The position numbers were made by a program, and so were the translations under genes. Positions 40,714-53,826 of a stretch of DNA of 64,000 nucleotides are shown here, piece after piece. The DNA comes from Tubiluchus corallicola (Eukaryota; Animalia; Priapulida): the NCBI GenBank assembly GCA_030141605.1, contig JAQGDQ010000371.1, positions 62,001 to 126,000 on the forward strand. Direction: 5' to 3'. The notes beneath the pieces were generated by a model. It saw nothing but the letters and a program-made list of their open reading frames with translations, had not been told where the DNA came from and ran no database searches. Every line of letters begins with the position of its first letter. The first letter of the stretch is position 1.

Positions 40714-41786
40714 GTAACGTAATGCTGCATATGTAACTGTATAGTATAAGTGTAATGTAATGCTGCATATGTAACTGTATAGTATAAGTGTAACGTAATG
40801 CTGCACATGTAACTGTGTAGTATAAGTGTACCGTAATGCTGCACATGTAACTGTGTAGTATAAGTGTAACGTAATGCTGCACATGTAACTGTGTAGTATA
40901 AGTGTAATGTAATGCTGCACATGTAACTGTGTTGTATAAGTGTAACGTAATGCTGCACATGTAACTGTGTAGTATAAGTGTAACGTAATGCTGCACATGT
41001 AACCATGTAGTATAAGTGTAACGTAATGCTGCACATGTAACGATGTAGTGTAAGTGTAACGTAATGCTGCACATGTAACTGTGTAGTATAAGTGTAACGT
41101 AATGCTGCACATGTAACTGTGTAGTATAAGTGTAACGTAATGCTGCACATGTAACCATGTAGTATAAGTGTAACGTAATGCTGCACATGTAACGATGTAG
41201 TATAAGTGTAACGTAATGCTGCACATGTAACCGTGTAGTATAAGTGTAACGTAATGCTGCACATGTAACTGTGTAGTATAAGTGTAACGTAATGCTGCAC
41301 ATGTAACTGTGTAGTATAAGTGTAACGTAATGCTGCACATGTAACGATGCAGTATAAGTGTAACATAATGCTGCATAGCACATTGCATATGTAACTGTGT
41401 TGTATAAGTGTAACGTAATGCTGCACATGTAACTGTGTAGTATAAGTGTAACGTAATGCTGCACATGTAACGATGTAGTATAAGTGTAACATAATGCTGC
41501 ATAGCACATTGCATATGTAACGATGTAGTATAAGTGTAACATAATGCTGCACATGTAACGATGTAGTATTAGTGTAACGTAATGCTGCACATGTAACGAT
41601 GTAGTATAAGTGTAACATAATGCTGCATAGCACATTGCATATGTAACTGTGTAGTATAAGTGTAACATAATGCTGCACATGTAACGATGTAGTATTAGTG
41701 TAACGTAATGCTGCACATGTAACGATGTAGTATAAGTGTAACATAATGCTGCATAGCACATTGCATATGTAACTGTGTAGTATAAG
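40714..41786. repeat. 38-bp minisatellite with a 126-bp higher-order repeat in its right part
   Basis: Unit TGTAACGTAATGCTGCACATGTAACTGTGTAGTATAAG; a 50-bp variant recurs at 41373, 41499, 41625, 41751 (38+38+50). Confidence 0.99.
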
Positions 41787-41940
41787 CGCAAAAATCCACA
41801 GATTACTTCCTCAAACGTACAGGCTACTGTGAGCCTGTAAGGAGTCCCAACCCTAGGGGGTACCAAGGTTCTCTCGGACATCTTGTCTGATAACGGGAAA
41901 ATAAGTTTGCACTAAAATATCCATTCTTTTACGAATATCA
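41787..41940. repeat. Right direct repeat flanking the 38-bp array
   Basis: gcaaaaatccacagattacttcctca...acgaatatca, matches 40567-40708. Confidence 0.95.
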
Positions 41941-43025
41941 GAGACAACTGAAGTAAAAATACGAACGTTACAAGCAAAGAAATTGTTTCACTTCGCAATA
42001 CCATTTGATATTCAATATGCATTGAACAATACAGATAGTCAAATATCATACGCTGATAAGAGCTATTTTATATGGCCATACTATACATGTCAATGTACAC
42101 GCAACCTGTAGTAAATACGGTGAACACTTGCTAATACGAGACAGTAAAAAGTTTGGGGACGATAAAATAACAACAACCTCAACTCTATGGCAGATATTTC
42201 ACTGTAAAACTAACAACAGACCCATCATGACTATTTCCTTGCAATTAAACTAGGTAATTCTGGCCAGGCAGCGTGGAAAACTACATCATCAGATTCGCGA
42301 CTTCAAAGTATGGCTATAAATATTCCCCAATCTGCCGCTGCCCGGCTAGGAACAGTCATAAGGGTCTTATTGACAAAAGCTTCAAATAGCTTTACTCGGA
42401 AAATAACTATAAAAGCAAATGAGAAGAAAACAACAAGGGGAAAGAATACTCGAGTGAGAGAGAGAGAGTTAACAGAAGCCAGAGGGAGGTTGATGAGAAC
42501 CAATATTAACTGAAGCCAATGGCGCCGGGTTAATTTGCAAGCAATTAGCAAGCCGATTCAGTTGAGAACTCTAAATTAGTTTAAAGGTTAAAGTGTGTAA
42601 TACGTACGGCCCACGAATCTTTGTAAAAAAAGACTGTATGTTAGTAAAGGCGATTTAAACCTTTATTATAATGTTATGTTAGTATTGTATTAGTAATTAC
42701 TCATTATATGAACAACTATTATCCAATAAACTAATAATTCTATTATTAACTAAATTAAAGATAATCTCTTAAGTCGAGTTAACCGATATAATCTAAACAA
42801 TTTAATATAATGTAATGCATCTAAATTAAGCAAATCTAACTTAATCTCATCTCATGTACGATAATTCATTCATTTTGGTCGAATTTAATCTTATCTTTTC
42901 TTTCTATACCTTTAATCTAAGCCAATCCAATTCAATCCAGTTCAATCCTATTATGAATTCCCATGCTCACTCTGTTTGATCCAGTCTCAACTAATCTGAT
43001 CAGTTTATGAAATTTAAAAATTGTT

Positions 43026-43263
43026 TAATCTAATCTAATCTAATCTAATCTAATCTAATCTAATCTAATCTAATCTAATCTAATCTAATCTAATCTAATC
43101 TAATCTAATCTAATCTAATCTAATCTAATCTAATCTAATCTAATCTAATCTAATCTAATCTAATCTAATCTAATCTAATCTAATCTAATCTAATCTAATC
43201 TAATCTAATCTAATCTAATCTAATCTAATCCAATCCAATCCAATCCAATCTAATCTAATCTAA
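43026..43263. repeat. (TAATC)n pentanucleotide microsatellite
   Basis: Over 40 perfect units with degenerate CAATC/TAATC flanks. Confidence 0.99.
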
Positions 43264-43831
43264 AGTAATCTAGTCTAATCCAATCTAATTCAGTTCAATT
43301 TAATCCAATCAAACACAATACAATACAATTTACGTAATATAATCTATACTGTCAATAAATTATTTTAGCAACTAAATAAATTTACAAAAATTTTCTAAGC
43401 TAATTATCTACAGTGTGGAGAGACTCGTATCAGTTATAACTTGTAACTGTATCGTTAACCCACTTTAAATAAATAAAGATTATATGTATAATTGTCGTCA
43501 TCACTACAATATTACACAGACGAGCAATCGTTTGTCAGCTTATTTGAAAAAAATCAGCTTAACAAAAGATTATGAGTGCACCTGGATCACAACGGACTAT
43601 TAACGCTTTGGGCGTGCACTAAAAAATTCTCAAGGTCTTGGTTCAAATCCAGTATTCGGCGTTTTCTTTTCCACACATTACAGTTAATTTGGCAGGTTTA
43701 ATTCATGTGAGTCCAGTGTGCGTTTCAGCTGATAATCATGAAATGTAGGTGATACATAATTAACATTAGCATTTAAATATACAAAATTTCATTGATTTCA
43801 TTAAACACAAGTTAAGGTTATCATGAGTTAC

Positions 43832-44149
43832 TATATATAATAATAATAATCTTTGTTTGCCATTAAAATACATTGATAATCACTGATAAAAACTTTACAG
43901 AGATGATCAATCAGTGTTAGTTAATAAAAACTTACACTGCTAAAGGCAAATGCGTCAGTGCAATCTAAACTACTGTGCAGTAATGGAAAGTTACGACGAA
44001 TAAAATCAAACATATTTACAACTATTCACAAAAAAATGAAAAAATTATGATTTGATTAATATGGCCGCGGATATATAAATTCTGAATTAGTGTGTATGTT
44101 GTCGTACTGGTGTGATGGTATTTCATATCTGGTTAATATTAGTGATTTT
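43832..44149 (-). mobile_element. ~310-bp retroposon-like element, copy 2 (inverted)
   Basis: Reverse complement of 32025-32335 over its full length. Confidence 0.8.
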
Positions 44150-44729
44150 AGTTTTGCTTTATATTCTGAAAAGGACCTGATTTGTTTAACCTGTAATGGT
44201 GCAGAACTACAAAGTAGAATTGCTTGCTTGATTACAGAGTTACTATGAGTTACTGTGAGTTACTGAAGTCACAGAGATGGCAAAACGACTTATATATAAG
44301 CAGCAACCGTTATAATAATAACAAATTTCTAGCAAAATTGATTGAAACAATTTTTTGCATGACAATCAATCCTAGATCTGATAATGTCACACACATCACA
44401 CGAGTAGAAACAGCGCCGCCATGCGCCCACAACCACAAAAAAATATTTTTGATGATATCAAATAATGTATGCCGCCCTGCTCCATTAAGATGCAAAAACG
44501 CCGCTGACGTATATATTAGTATTACTGCAATTCATTCTGCGAAATTTCGCCTGTGTAACAGATGGAATAGAAGAAGTATCAATACGACAATACTTCTCAG
44601 AGGTTTTTAGTCAAATGAGTATGGAAATTTGACACATTGCAGCCAGTTGTAACAAATGCAAAATATTCTTGCTGGTATTATATGGTTGTCGAGAGAAGCT
44701 ATGCGAATATGTAGAAGATTACTTCGTTG

Positions 44730-45220
44730 TTGACAGTAAAAGTGCAGGAAACAGCTAGTGGGTAAGCAATTGTTGTTAACTATAGATTTTGGAATATTAT
44801 TCTACAATAAACCAGTAACACCACTAGTCCACAATCCATATATTGACCACGACTATTGTTGCTTGAGTGAGTTAGTTGGTTTAGCTTGACAGTAAAAGTA
44901 CAGGAAACAGCTAGTACATAAGCAATTGTTGTTAACTACAGATTTTGGAATATTATTCTACAATAAACCAGCAACACCACTAGTGCACAATCCATATATT
45001 GACCACCACTATTGTTGCTTGAGTGAGTTAGTTGATTTAGCTTGACAGTAAAAGCGCAGGAAACAGCTAGTGCATAAGCAATTGTTGTTAACTACGAATT
45101 TTCAAAAATATTACTCTACATTAAACCAGTAATATTACGGGTCCACAATCCACATATTGACCACGACCACCGTTGTCTGAGTTAGTTAGTCCTCTGTTGA
45201 CCACTAACGCATGGATACAA
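44730..45220. repeat. Tandem triplication of a 156-bp unit
   Basis: ttgacagtaaaag starts at 44730, 44886 and 45042. Confidence 0.95.
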
Positions 45221-45689
45221 AAACAAGACTTGTCAGAATTTTTAAATTAACAGTCCATATTAATCAAATCCAGAAGAACCTGAATTCTAGACGAAGGATG
45301 TGTCAAATTAACAAAAACAAAAAACCATGATAAAACGAATATATTTGATATTTAGTCATAGTCGAATGTTTCTTAGTGTTTCTAAACCGTGGATGGCTGT
45401 TTAAGAGTGCGTTATAAGCTTATCATAAATACATATTCAGGGCCCAACATTGCAACACACTTTATGATTAAGGTATAAATATTCTATGCAGTATCCGTCC
45501 CCATTGCGCTATATAACAGACCGGCTGCTTTCCTGGCAAAAACAAAATAGATTTGCTGTTTCAACAACCAAACATCCAATCAGAACAACGTTCCTCATTA
45601 TATTTGTGAAAGCAGAAACTATTGGAAACTCACAACTCACAGCTCTTACTTTTCACTACACTTGACTAACATGAACTGCAGAATAACAG

Positions 45690-46700
45690 GCAAACAACCA
45701 CACCAACAAAGTTTCCATATTTATTATTACTAGCGATGACGACATTGCTGATAAGAACGATGCTGGTGATAAGAACGATGATTACGGCGAAGATGGCAAT
45801 GATGATGATGATGATGATGACAATGACAAACAAACGACCACGCCAACAAAGTTTCCATATTTATTATTACTAGCGATGACGACATTGCTGATAAGAACGA
45901 TGATGGTGATAAGAACGATGATTACGGCGAAGATGGCAATGATGATGATGATGATGATGACAATGACAAACAAACGACCACGCCAACAAAGTTTCCATAT
46001 TTATTATTACTAGCGATGACGACATTGCTGATAAGAACGATGATGATGGCGAAGATGGCAATGATGATGATGATGATGACAATGACAAACAAATGACCAT
46101 GCCAACAAAGTTTCCATATTTATTATTACTAGCGATGACGACATTGCTGATAAGAATGATGATGATGGCGAAGATGGCAATGATGATGATGATGATGATG
46201 ACAATGACAAACAAACGACCACGCCAACAAAGTTTCCATATTTATTATTACTAGCGATGACGACATTGCTGATAAGAACGATGATGATGGCGAAGATGGC
46301 AATGATGATGATGATGATGACAATGACAAACAAATGACCATGCCAACAAAGTTTCCATATTTATTATTACTAGCGATGACGACATTGCTGATAAGAACGA
46401 TGATGATGGCGAAGATGGCAATGATGATGATGATGATGACAATGACAAACAAATGACCATGCCAACAAAGTTTCCATATTTATTATTACTAGCGATGACG
46501 ACATTGCTGATAAGAATGATGATGATGGCGAAGATGGCAATGATGATGATGATGATGATGACAATGACAAACAAACGACCATGCCAACAAAGTTTCCATA
46601 TTTATTATTACTAGTGATGACGACGATGCTGATAAGGACAATGAAGGTGGTAATGACGATGATGATGGTGAAGACGATGATAATGATAATGATGACGACA
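45690..46700. repeat. ~119-140-bp tandem array containing (GAT)n tracts, 8 copies
   Basis: ccaacaaagtttccatatttattattactag recurs at 45703, 45843, 45983, 46102, 46224, 46343, 46462, 46584. Confidence 0.98.
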
Positions 46701-47699
46701 TATTTTCATACAATTTCTTACAACTCGGCATTCAAGAATCAACCGAAGGCTTACATATTATGCTGTGTGGCGGGATAGGAACCAATCACCGCATAAAGGA
46801 TGTTCGTCTAAGATGAAACAATTCGCTGGCAGAGATGTCTTAGTGAAGTTCAAACGCTTGCAGGTCGCCCGTAATGAGAAAAATAACCGAAAACAAGGTA
46901 AAAAAGTCCAGAAGCAGTTACTCATCCATCAAATTATCAGTCAGGCTTCACATTACTCAACTTCAGTTAATTATACACGCTGGCTACTTACACTCTGCAC
47001 GCACTTAGTACAATAAAAGACTTGGAATTAATTTGAATTTTTTTGGCTTAAAGTAATAGAACTAGTTATTATTGCAAACGTAATAAAATTAATGAAATGT
47101 TCTCTAGAATTGAAAATAACAATGATACTACATTTTAACCAAAAAAGTAAATGTTTTAAAAACAGCAAAAGAAACTCCTCTACAAAAACATCAGAAAGCT
47201 GCATAAACTCAAATTTTGACACTTTCTGTTGTTTTAAAGTTTTTTCGGCAGCTAAAAATAAAGATGGTTCACATGGTATTCATGTATTTTCAATTAAATT
47301 TTTCACCGCACATCAGATGTAACAGCTCGAAATTTTTTCAGATTTTGATTTAAACACCCAGTTGAAAAGGCGACACCATATTTATTTACTCATTAAATGA
47401 GAATGTTACGAAAGTTCAGTCAAGTTCAGAAAGAACCCTTTTTTCTGAAAAAGAGAAAACTTTTCTTAAAAATATTCAGATAAAAACAGTTAAAAAAGAA
47501 ACAAAACAAAAACAGATAAACAAATAAAATTAAGATAATCTTAACTACCAATAGAGAAAAATTAAGAATACCCACTTTAGAATCAACCGTTACTACCATG
47601 CCTTTATATTTCTATTTAAATATGTAAATGATATATAATTCCTGCTTTCAAAGAAAATGATTTATTATTTATCCCCGATAAACATAAAAACGATTACTT

Positions 47700-47880
47700 A
47701 CTAAACTACTTACTTACTTACTAACTAAAACAGTTACTTACAAAAAACACATATCGGCACAATTCAGTAAGCAAAACAGCAATCAACTTATGGAATTCAA
47801 CATCCTTAAGTATAAAATCAAAAGACGGATTAATAACATTTAAAACGGAACTAGAAAACAAACTGCTATCTCATAAAACA
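47700..47880 (+). mobile_element. LINE ORF2 C-terminal remnant (CR1/L2 group)
   Basis: From 47764 reads SVSKTAINLWNSTSLSIKSKDGLITFKTELENKLLS, matching the typical LWNSL...IK......FK..LK..L ending. Confidence 0.6.
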
Positions 47881-47974
47881 CCATATATACGATAAACGAT
47901 AAAGAATTCATCAATAATTGGAGAATATGAAGAAACGTGTAACGCTCTTCACTTATAAATTCATCAATTTTTTA

Positions 47975-48250
47975 CAATTTCAATTTCAATTTATTTATCT
48001 CTTTATAGCGTTACAATAAAACATGATTAATAAAAGAATCTCTAATAAATTTTGAAAAATGGTTAAAATATATAGATGTAGAACTAGAGAAAGGATAGCG
48101 AAAAGACTATAAAGTCACCTAGTCTGCTATCCTTTACCGAATATAGATAAAAAGATTTTTTAGACACTGGTGGGCATTAATGTTATCAGTTTAACTTAGG
48201 AAACATTAGTAATTTTTAAAGTTATGACATTTTCTAATATACAACCATAA
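47975..48250 (-). mobile_element. LINE 3' tail remnant
   Basis: Minus strand ends AATAAA(TTGAAA)n; stem AAAGGATAGC...GCTATCCTTT at ~48090-48136 is typical of CR1/L2 3' UTRs. Confidence 0.55.
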
Positions 48251-48986
48251 TATAAGTGTCTATGCTATAAAAATATACGACTCGTACGGAGACTTACATG
48301 GTAAAAAAGTAGCAAAGTATCAAAAAGTATTAAAATTCACCATATTTCACAAGTCACCATCATGTCATCGTGTATACAAATTTGTAGATATGTAATGTAG
48401 TATTTTAATGTTTTGATTCTTATGATTTTTAACTTACACTAACTGACACAATTACACACATCAGTCTGTCACTGACTGATTATACACTGATTTTATGTAT
48501 GATTAATTTGCTTTTTTACTCTGTACTAGTGCATAATTTTTGCAATAAGGAATTATACATATCTAAACAATACAGCTGCAACAGAAGCCACATATTAAAA
48601 TGCTCAGAGCAATTCAATCTGTTAATGCCCCCGTAAAGCATAATTAATGACGTTATCATTAGACAATAAAGACGTTGCGAAACCTGAACCGAAGTATGAC
48701 AGACGCAATCAAAAAATCGATTTCTAATCGAATTACGTGCAAGTCAAATCAAATCAATTTGGCAGCTAATTATACATGTTCTCGTTCAGTAGGCAGGTGT
48801 TAATGTATCATGCATGAACCAGGTGTTAATACCTGTGTACACGCTGCAATTTGTGTGTACAGGCATCTACTGTTAATCAGACGGTAGTGTCTCTGACTCG
48901 ACAGAAATTAACCATTTTAAAAGCAATAAAACTGGAAAACAACTTGGATTTTCTGGTTAAAGAATTTTTTTGCTATCATAGAAATA

Positions 48987-49500
48987 CCGTATTTTCCCAT
49001 GTATAAGAGACCCTTTTTTGCTCAGAATTTTCACTTTAAAAATAGGGGGTCTCTTATACATGGGAGTAAGTCTTTTCAATAAGATACATAAATTGTGACA
49101 CTAATGATTTTAAAGAAATAAGTGCTCTACAACTGTTTTATTTCGAATAATTATAGTTTCCTTTCAATAAATCTTCTCCATGGCTGGGTCCTCAAGGCAT
49201 GGAATGGTGTAAAGCCAGAGGTCATTATTAAATCTTTCAAGAAGTGTGGCATCTCCAATGCCATGGATGGCACAGAGGACAATGCCATTTTTGAGCAGAG
49301 TGACTCCTCTGATGATGAACTGGCTGGAATTGCTGAAGGTCTGACTCCAGTTGATATTTTTGATGAGAGTGATGAGGAATTTAATGATTTCTATGATGAA
49401 TAAAATTATTCATTACCAAAAAACTTTTTTCCAGAATTTTTGCCTAAAAATTGAAGGGGTCTCTTATACACAAGGGTCTCTTATACATGGGAAAATACGG
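48987..49500 (+). mobile_element. Non-autonomous pogo/Tigger-type (Tc1/mariner superfamily) element retaining the transposase C-terminus
   Basis: TA TSD (48985-48986, 49501-49502); perfect TIR CCGTATTTTCCCATGTATAAGAGACCC; internal frame WVLKAWNGVKPEVIIKSFKKCGISNAMDGTED plus acidic tail, typical of pogo-like DDE transposase ends. Confidence 0.93.
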
Positions 49501-51275
49501 TACTGAGGGCAAATTTAAAGATATTACGAATAAAGATTTATTTTCTTTAATAATTTAAATTATCAAAATTGCAGATCGATCAGGGTCAGGTGGTCACTAA
49601 GCAGCCAGTGTTAATTTACTTATTGGTAAGTCAGTCAGTCAGTCAGTCAATTAATCAACCAAGCAAACAAGCAGCAGGGAGGCTGTCAATTAATCATTTA
49701 CATTACTACAGAAGCAACACGCCTTCATTATTTTTATAAGCACCAATGGTGTACATTATAATTTTTCCTAGAAGCACTTTAAAATCCCAGCAATGTCGTT
49801 ATCTGGTGAATTTAACCGAATCGTCAATCACTCAGTCAGTGGGTCAATTCACCGGTAAATCGACAAACGAATTTTATTTTATTGGGCTGGACTGGCGATT
49901 AGTCAGCTAATAAACTAATATTATGAGCACAGTCAGCAATGAACAATAAAAAACATTTCGTAACTCTTGTAAGTTTTTATCGGGAAGCATTTGATAATCC
50001 AAAACAAACATAATTCATAATCCAATTTTAACAAATTCTTTTACATTTTATCACTGAAGGACTCGCGAAGAACAAATTACAAAATCATCCTATCCTGCAC
50101 AGTAAGCATTAATGGCTGTCGTTTTACACCAGTATAAAAATGAGAGTAGCAGCGATACACGAATATAAAGGCGACTCCGCTAAAAAAACTGGTATTGAAA
50201 TGAATGCAACAGCTACGTATCCCACACTAAGCGGCTCTAATTGCTTTATCATCGCGTCAATTTGGGGAATTCTTCAATGAAAGCAGCTGTGCATTGTGTG
50301 TAATGCCTTGGTCACTTTAAACTGCACAAAACACACGCGGAAACCATAAAGTATTGCAAGACATCGTTCTAAGCCTCTAGCAACTGATGACAATTAGCCC
50401 AGATGAGCAGCATTTAATATGCAATCAAAGTGACATTGCTACGTTCAACGTTAAAAATGTTCAGGACGCAAACAGAAATTTCAGATACCAAAAGTGCAAA
50501 GTGTAAATACACTATAAGAAAAGGAAACATATACAAAAAATAGAAACAATCATGGTAATGAACGAGAAACGTATGTATACAATTTTAGATACAGTATAAG
50601 TTTGTCGTATTAATTCTTACTGCTGGGAATAGTGAAAATGAATAAAAAAATCTGGAATTAAAAAAAGTACCTTTCTTTTTTCCTTTCTAGTGCCCCTACA
50701 GCCTCTTTTTTCTTTTTCCTTGTTTTTTGTGGGATTTTTTACTCAATTTCAATACATTACCATATAAAGAAACCATATATTACCATTATTCATGATTGCT
50801 TCTGTTTTTTTGCGCAATTTTTTGGAATATTGTTATCTTCAAAGTTAAAGAAATTAGTTTTTTACTTATGTTGAAGCGCCGTCTAGTGTGTAACTGGCAG
50901 AAGTACTGCAGCGTCATTCAAGTGGCAATACACGAGCGCTTGCATTTTGGACATGAATAGTAAAATACTGGCGTAACGTTGCGAGTTGACATGACATGAG
51001 AACCGAGACACGATGTCAATTATTCACGGACTGCTCATTTGTTAGGATTCCGGAAACTCGAATGGCGGAATCAAATCACATGAAATAAGCACTCGATTCA
51101 GTGCACAGTTTAGCACAGTGCAACAAACGTTTGTGACAATTTGACCACTGCACGCTGTTTTACCACCATATATATACGATTACTTAAAAAAACATACAGT
51201 TTTTTAGTACAAATCTAAGCAATATGTTTACTATCTCACTAGATGACAGAAACATGCTTTTTGATGGGGCACTTT

Positions 51276-51348
51276 GCAGTACAGCAGCAACCTAAAGAAT
51301 GTGAAGTATGCAGTACAGCAGCAGCCTAAAGAATGTGAAGTATGCAGT
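51276..51348. repeat. Tandem duplication, 2 x 34 bp
   Basis: gcagtacagcagca(a/g)cctaaagaatgtgaagtat repeated. Confidence 0.9.
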
Positions 51349-53314
51349 TTATTGTTTCATTTATTTTTCTCTATTATTTATTTAGCATGTATCTAAAAAA
51401 CTTCACAATTTTCAAAATGATTGCATTGGATTTCGAATTGTTTAAGGAGATTATATAAAGTTCAACTTACTCATGTGACACAAACACACATGAATTTTTG
51501 CTCCACCACCGTGCAATACCAATTAAGTATTCATTAATTATACCAATTAATCATTAAGTAATATTATAAGTATTGATAAGAACACAAATCACATTTTGCA
51601 CCTCACAATGAACCTCATGGAGCAAATGAAGCACATTGGTCAGTTATTTGTTAACTGTTTTTTTCTCGCATTAATAAATGCGTCACAAGGCAAGTAAGAT
51701 GCTTTAATAGCAATTCGAGAAGCATGTATTAAGACTTCCATAAAAACTGAACTTATTTCACATTTAATAACAATTTCAATATCACTGAGTACATCTTTAT
51801 GAACCAGTTAAAAAATATGCAAATTATACTTTGAATATTTTTTGTTCAGAAAACACCAAAGCTAAGTTTGGCCAATTAATATTTGCTAAAATCATGAAGT
51901 TTAGGCACTGGTTTCATTCAAATACAATTAATGCACACATAATATATAAACTATGTATAAATGCAAACTTTTGGCTTCTGGAAATTGTTGCCAAGGCAAC
52001 ATAATTAAGATTAGATAGTCAAATTACCATCTAGGCCCTTATTTCTTTGGATAAAGTCTGGATCATGTGAGATATTTATGTAGAGTACCGATAACTAACG
52101 CCACAGTTAAAATGCCTTAGACCGAAGACAAAAGATGCTAGACAGCTTTAATTTCATATTCAAGCTGGACTTTGTGAAAGATAACGACGGACATTTTAAG
52201 TAGTATTTGGAATCCTGCCAGACATTCTAAATGTAGTGCAGTAAGCGCTAATAAAAAGAAATTACAGTTTTAAAATAGATAGAGCAGTGTTTGAGAATAG
52301 CAAAAAATGCCTTGTATGCATAGCAGTGATTTAATCCTAATCTTTGCTGCTTGACAACTGCAGCAGCACCCCGCGTTTGATTCACAAGACTCGACAAGAA
52401 AGGGGCTGAACCAACAAACATTACTTGCCTAAACACAGACTGACAAATTGCTTTTTGATCTCAACGAAGCCCAGCCAAAGCAACTTCATGAGAGAAAGGC
52501 TTCTTCCATTCTAGTTTCTCATCGTGTAACAAAAAGTCGTAACACAACGAAAGGTCAGAGCTGACAATATAATTAAATTAGCAGTGATTTCAATATCGAG
52601 AACAAACAAATGCAAACACCTACCTATAATCATCCGCTGGAGGAGGTGTGACGTAACATGAGTAATCTTTACAGCGATGACGTCATTTCACCAGTCGGGC
52701 ATCTGAAAGTGAGAAAACCTTAAACAAGTAGCTGCTGACTATGTAAAGTAGGGTCCCTGAATGTGACTATCAAAACCAGTATCAAACTTTAGTATAATAA
52801 AAGCGGCTTGGAGTACACACACGGCGCGTGCCTGCATGTATTACTGTCATTCTCCATACACATGGCTTCGTCCAATCACAAAGCAGCTTAGACAACAGCC
52901 GGGGCTTCAAACAGACGCGCACAGTCACTTTCTCTAACATGCGCCCCCCTCTCTCTCTCCCGTAACTTCAATATTCTTTATCTGCGCGATGATCAGTATT
53001 TATTGTCACGTTTTTGATACAGAATTCTTAAGATAGAACACGTTTTGTCGTCCTAATGCAGCCAGTCTATTCCATCTGCTGTGTTAAAAGTTTAATGAAG
53101 ACGCTTAGATCAACTTTCATGCCAGACTTTACTCATTCAGTCTAGCTACATTTTCTCTGTTTATGCAGTACAAGTATTATGTCTACATGGTGACCAAGAC
53201 AAAGAGAATGGTAGGGCTAAAACCTCTTACAAGATAGACTGAGCAGATTCCGCTAGGGAGCGCTTCGCTTTTAGTTTAACGTATTGTGAAAAGTGCCATC
53301 GCTTTTAGTTTAAC

Positions 53315-53640
53315 ATAGACATAGAAATAGACATAGAACATTTATTTGCTCCAAATAGTTTAACGTCAAAAGTTGTTTAAATATTAAGTAATTATAATCA
53401 TGCAGCAGGGCAAGGAAGGACCATAGGGTCATCTAGCCTCCTGCCCTTTCTTATAAATAGATTAGTATATTAAAAATTAAAGGTGATGCTGCGGATAACA
53501 AAAACAAAAGCAAATAAGAAAAATAATAATAAAAACAGTATAAATGATACAAGTTATCCAAAAAGAACTGAAAACAAAAATAATAAAGTTAGATACCTAA
53601 ATCTAAACAAAACAATACAATTATTCAGTAATGAGGATTA
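53315..53640 (-). mobile_element. LINE 3' tail remnant
   Basis: Minus strand ends AATAAATGTTCTATGTCTATTTCTATGTCTAT; stem AGGGCAAGGA...TCCTGCCCT at ~53407-53447. Far boundary approximate. Confidence 0.5.
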
Positions 53641-53826
53641 TTATATGTAGTAGTTTCAAATGGGGAATTGTGTTTAACGCAATGTAAAAAGCGGTATCTG
53701 TTTTACTACAGATAGATTGGCTGCTTCAGAAATGGCAATTTTAAAAAAAACAAAAACTGAAAAAGCTTACCAATTAATTATCTACAATTTAATTAAAAGA
53801 TTCTTATAAATGATGCAAAAAGCTCA

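Noticed and set aside
40591-41881. Three overlapping ORFs of 307-391 aa
   Set aside because: Produced by a stop-free 38-bp repeat read in all frames.
45782-46731. Series of near-identical His/Ile/Ser-rich ORFs resembling a gene family
   Set aside because: Translations of the (GAT)n-containing tandem array.
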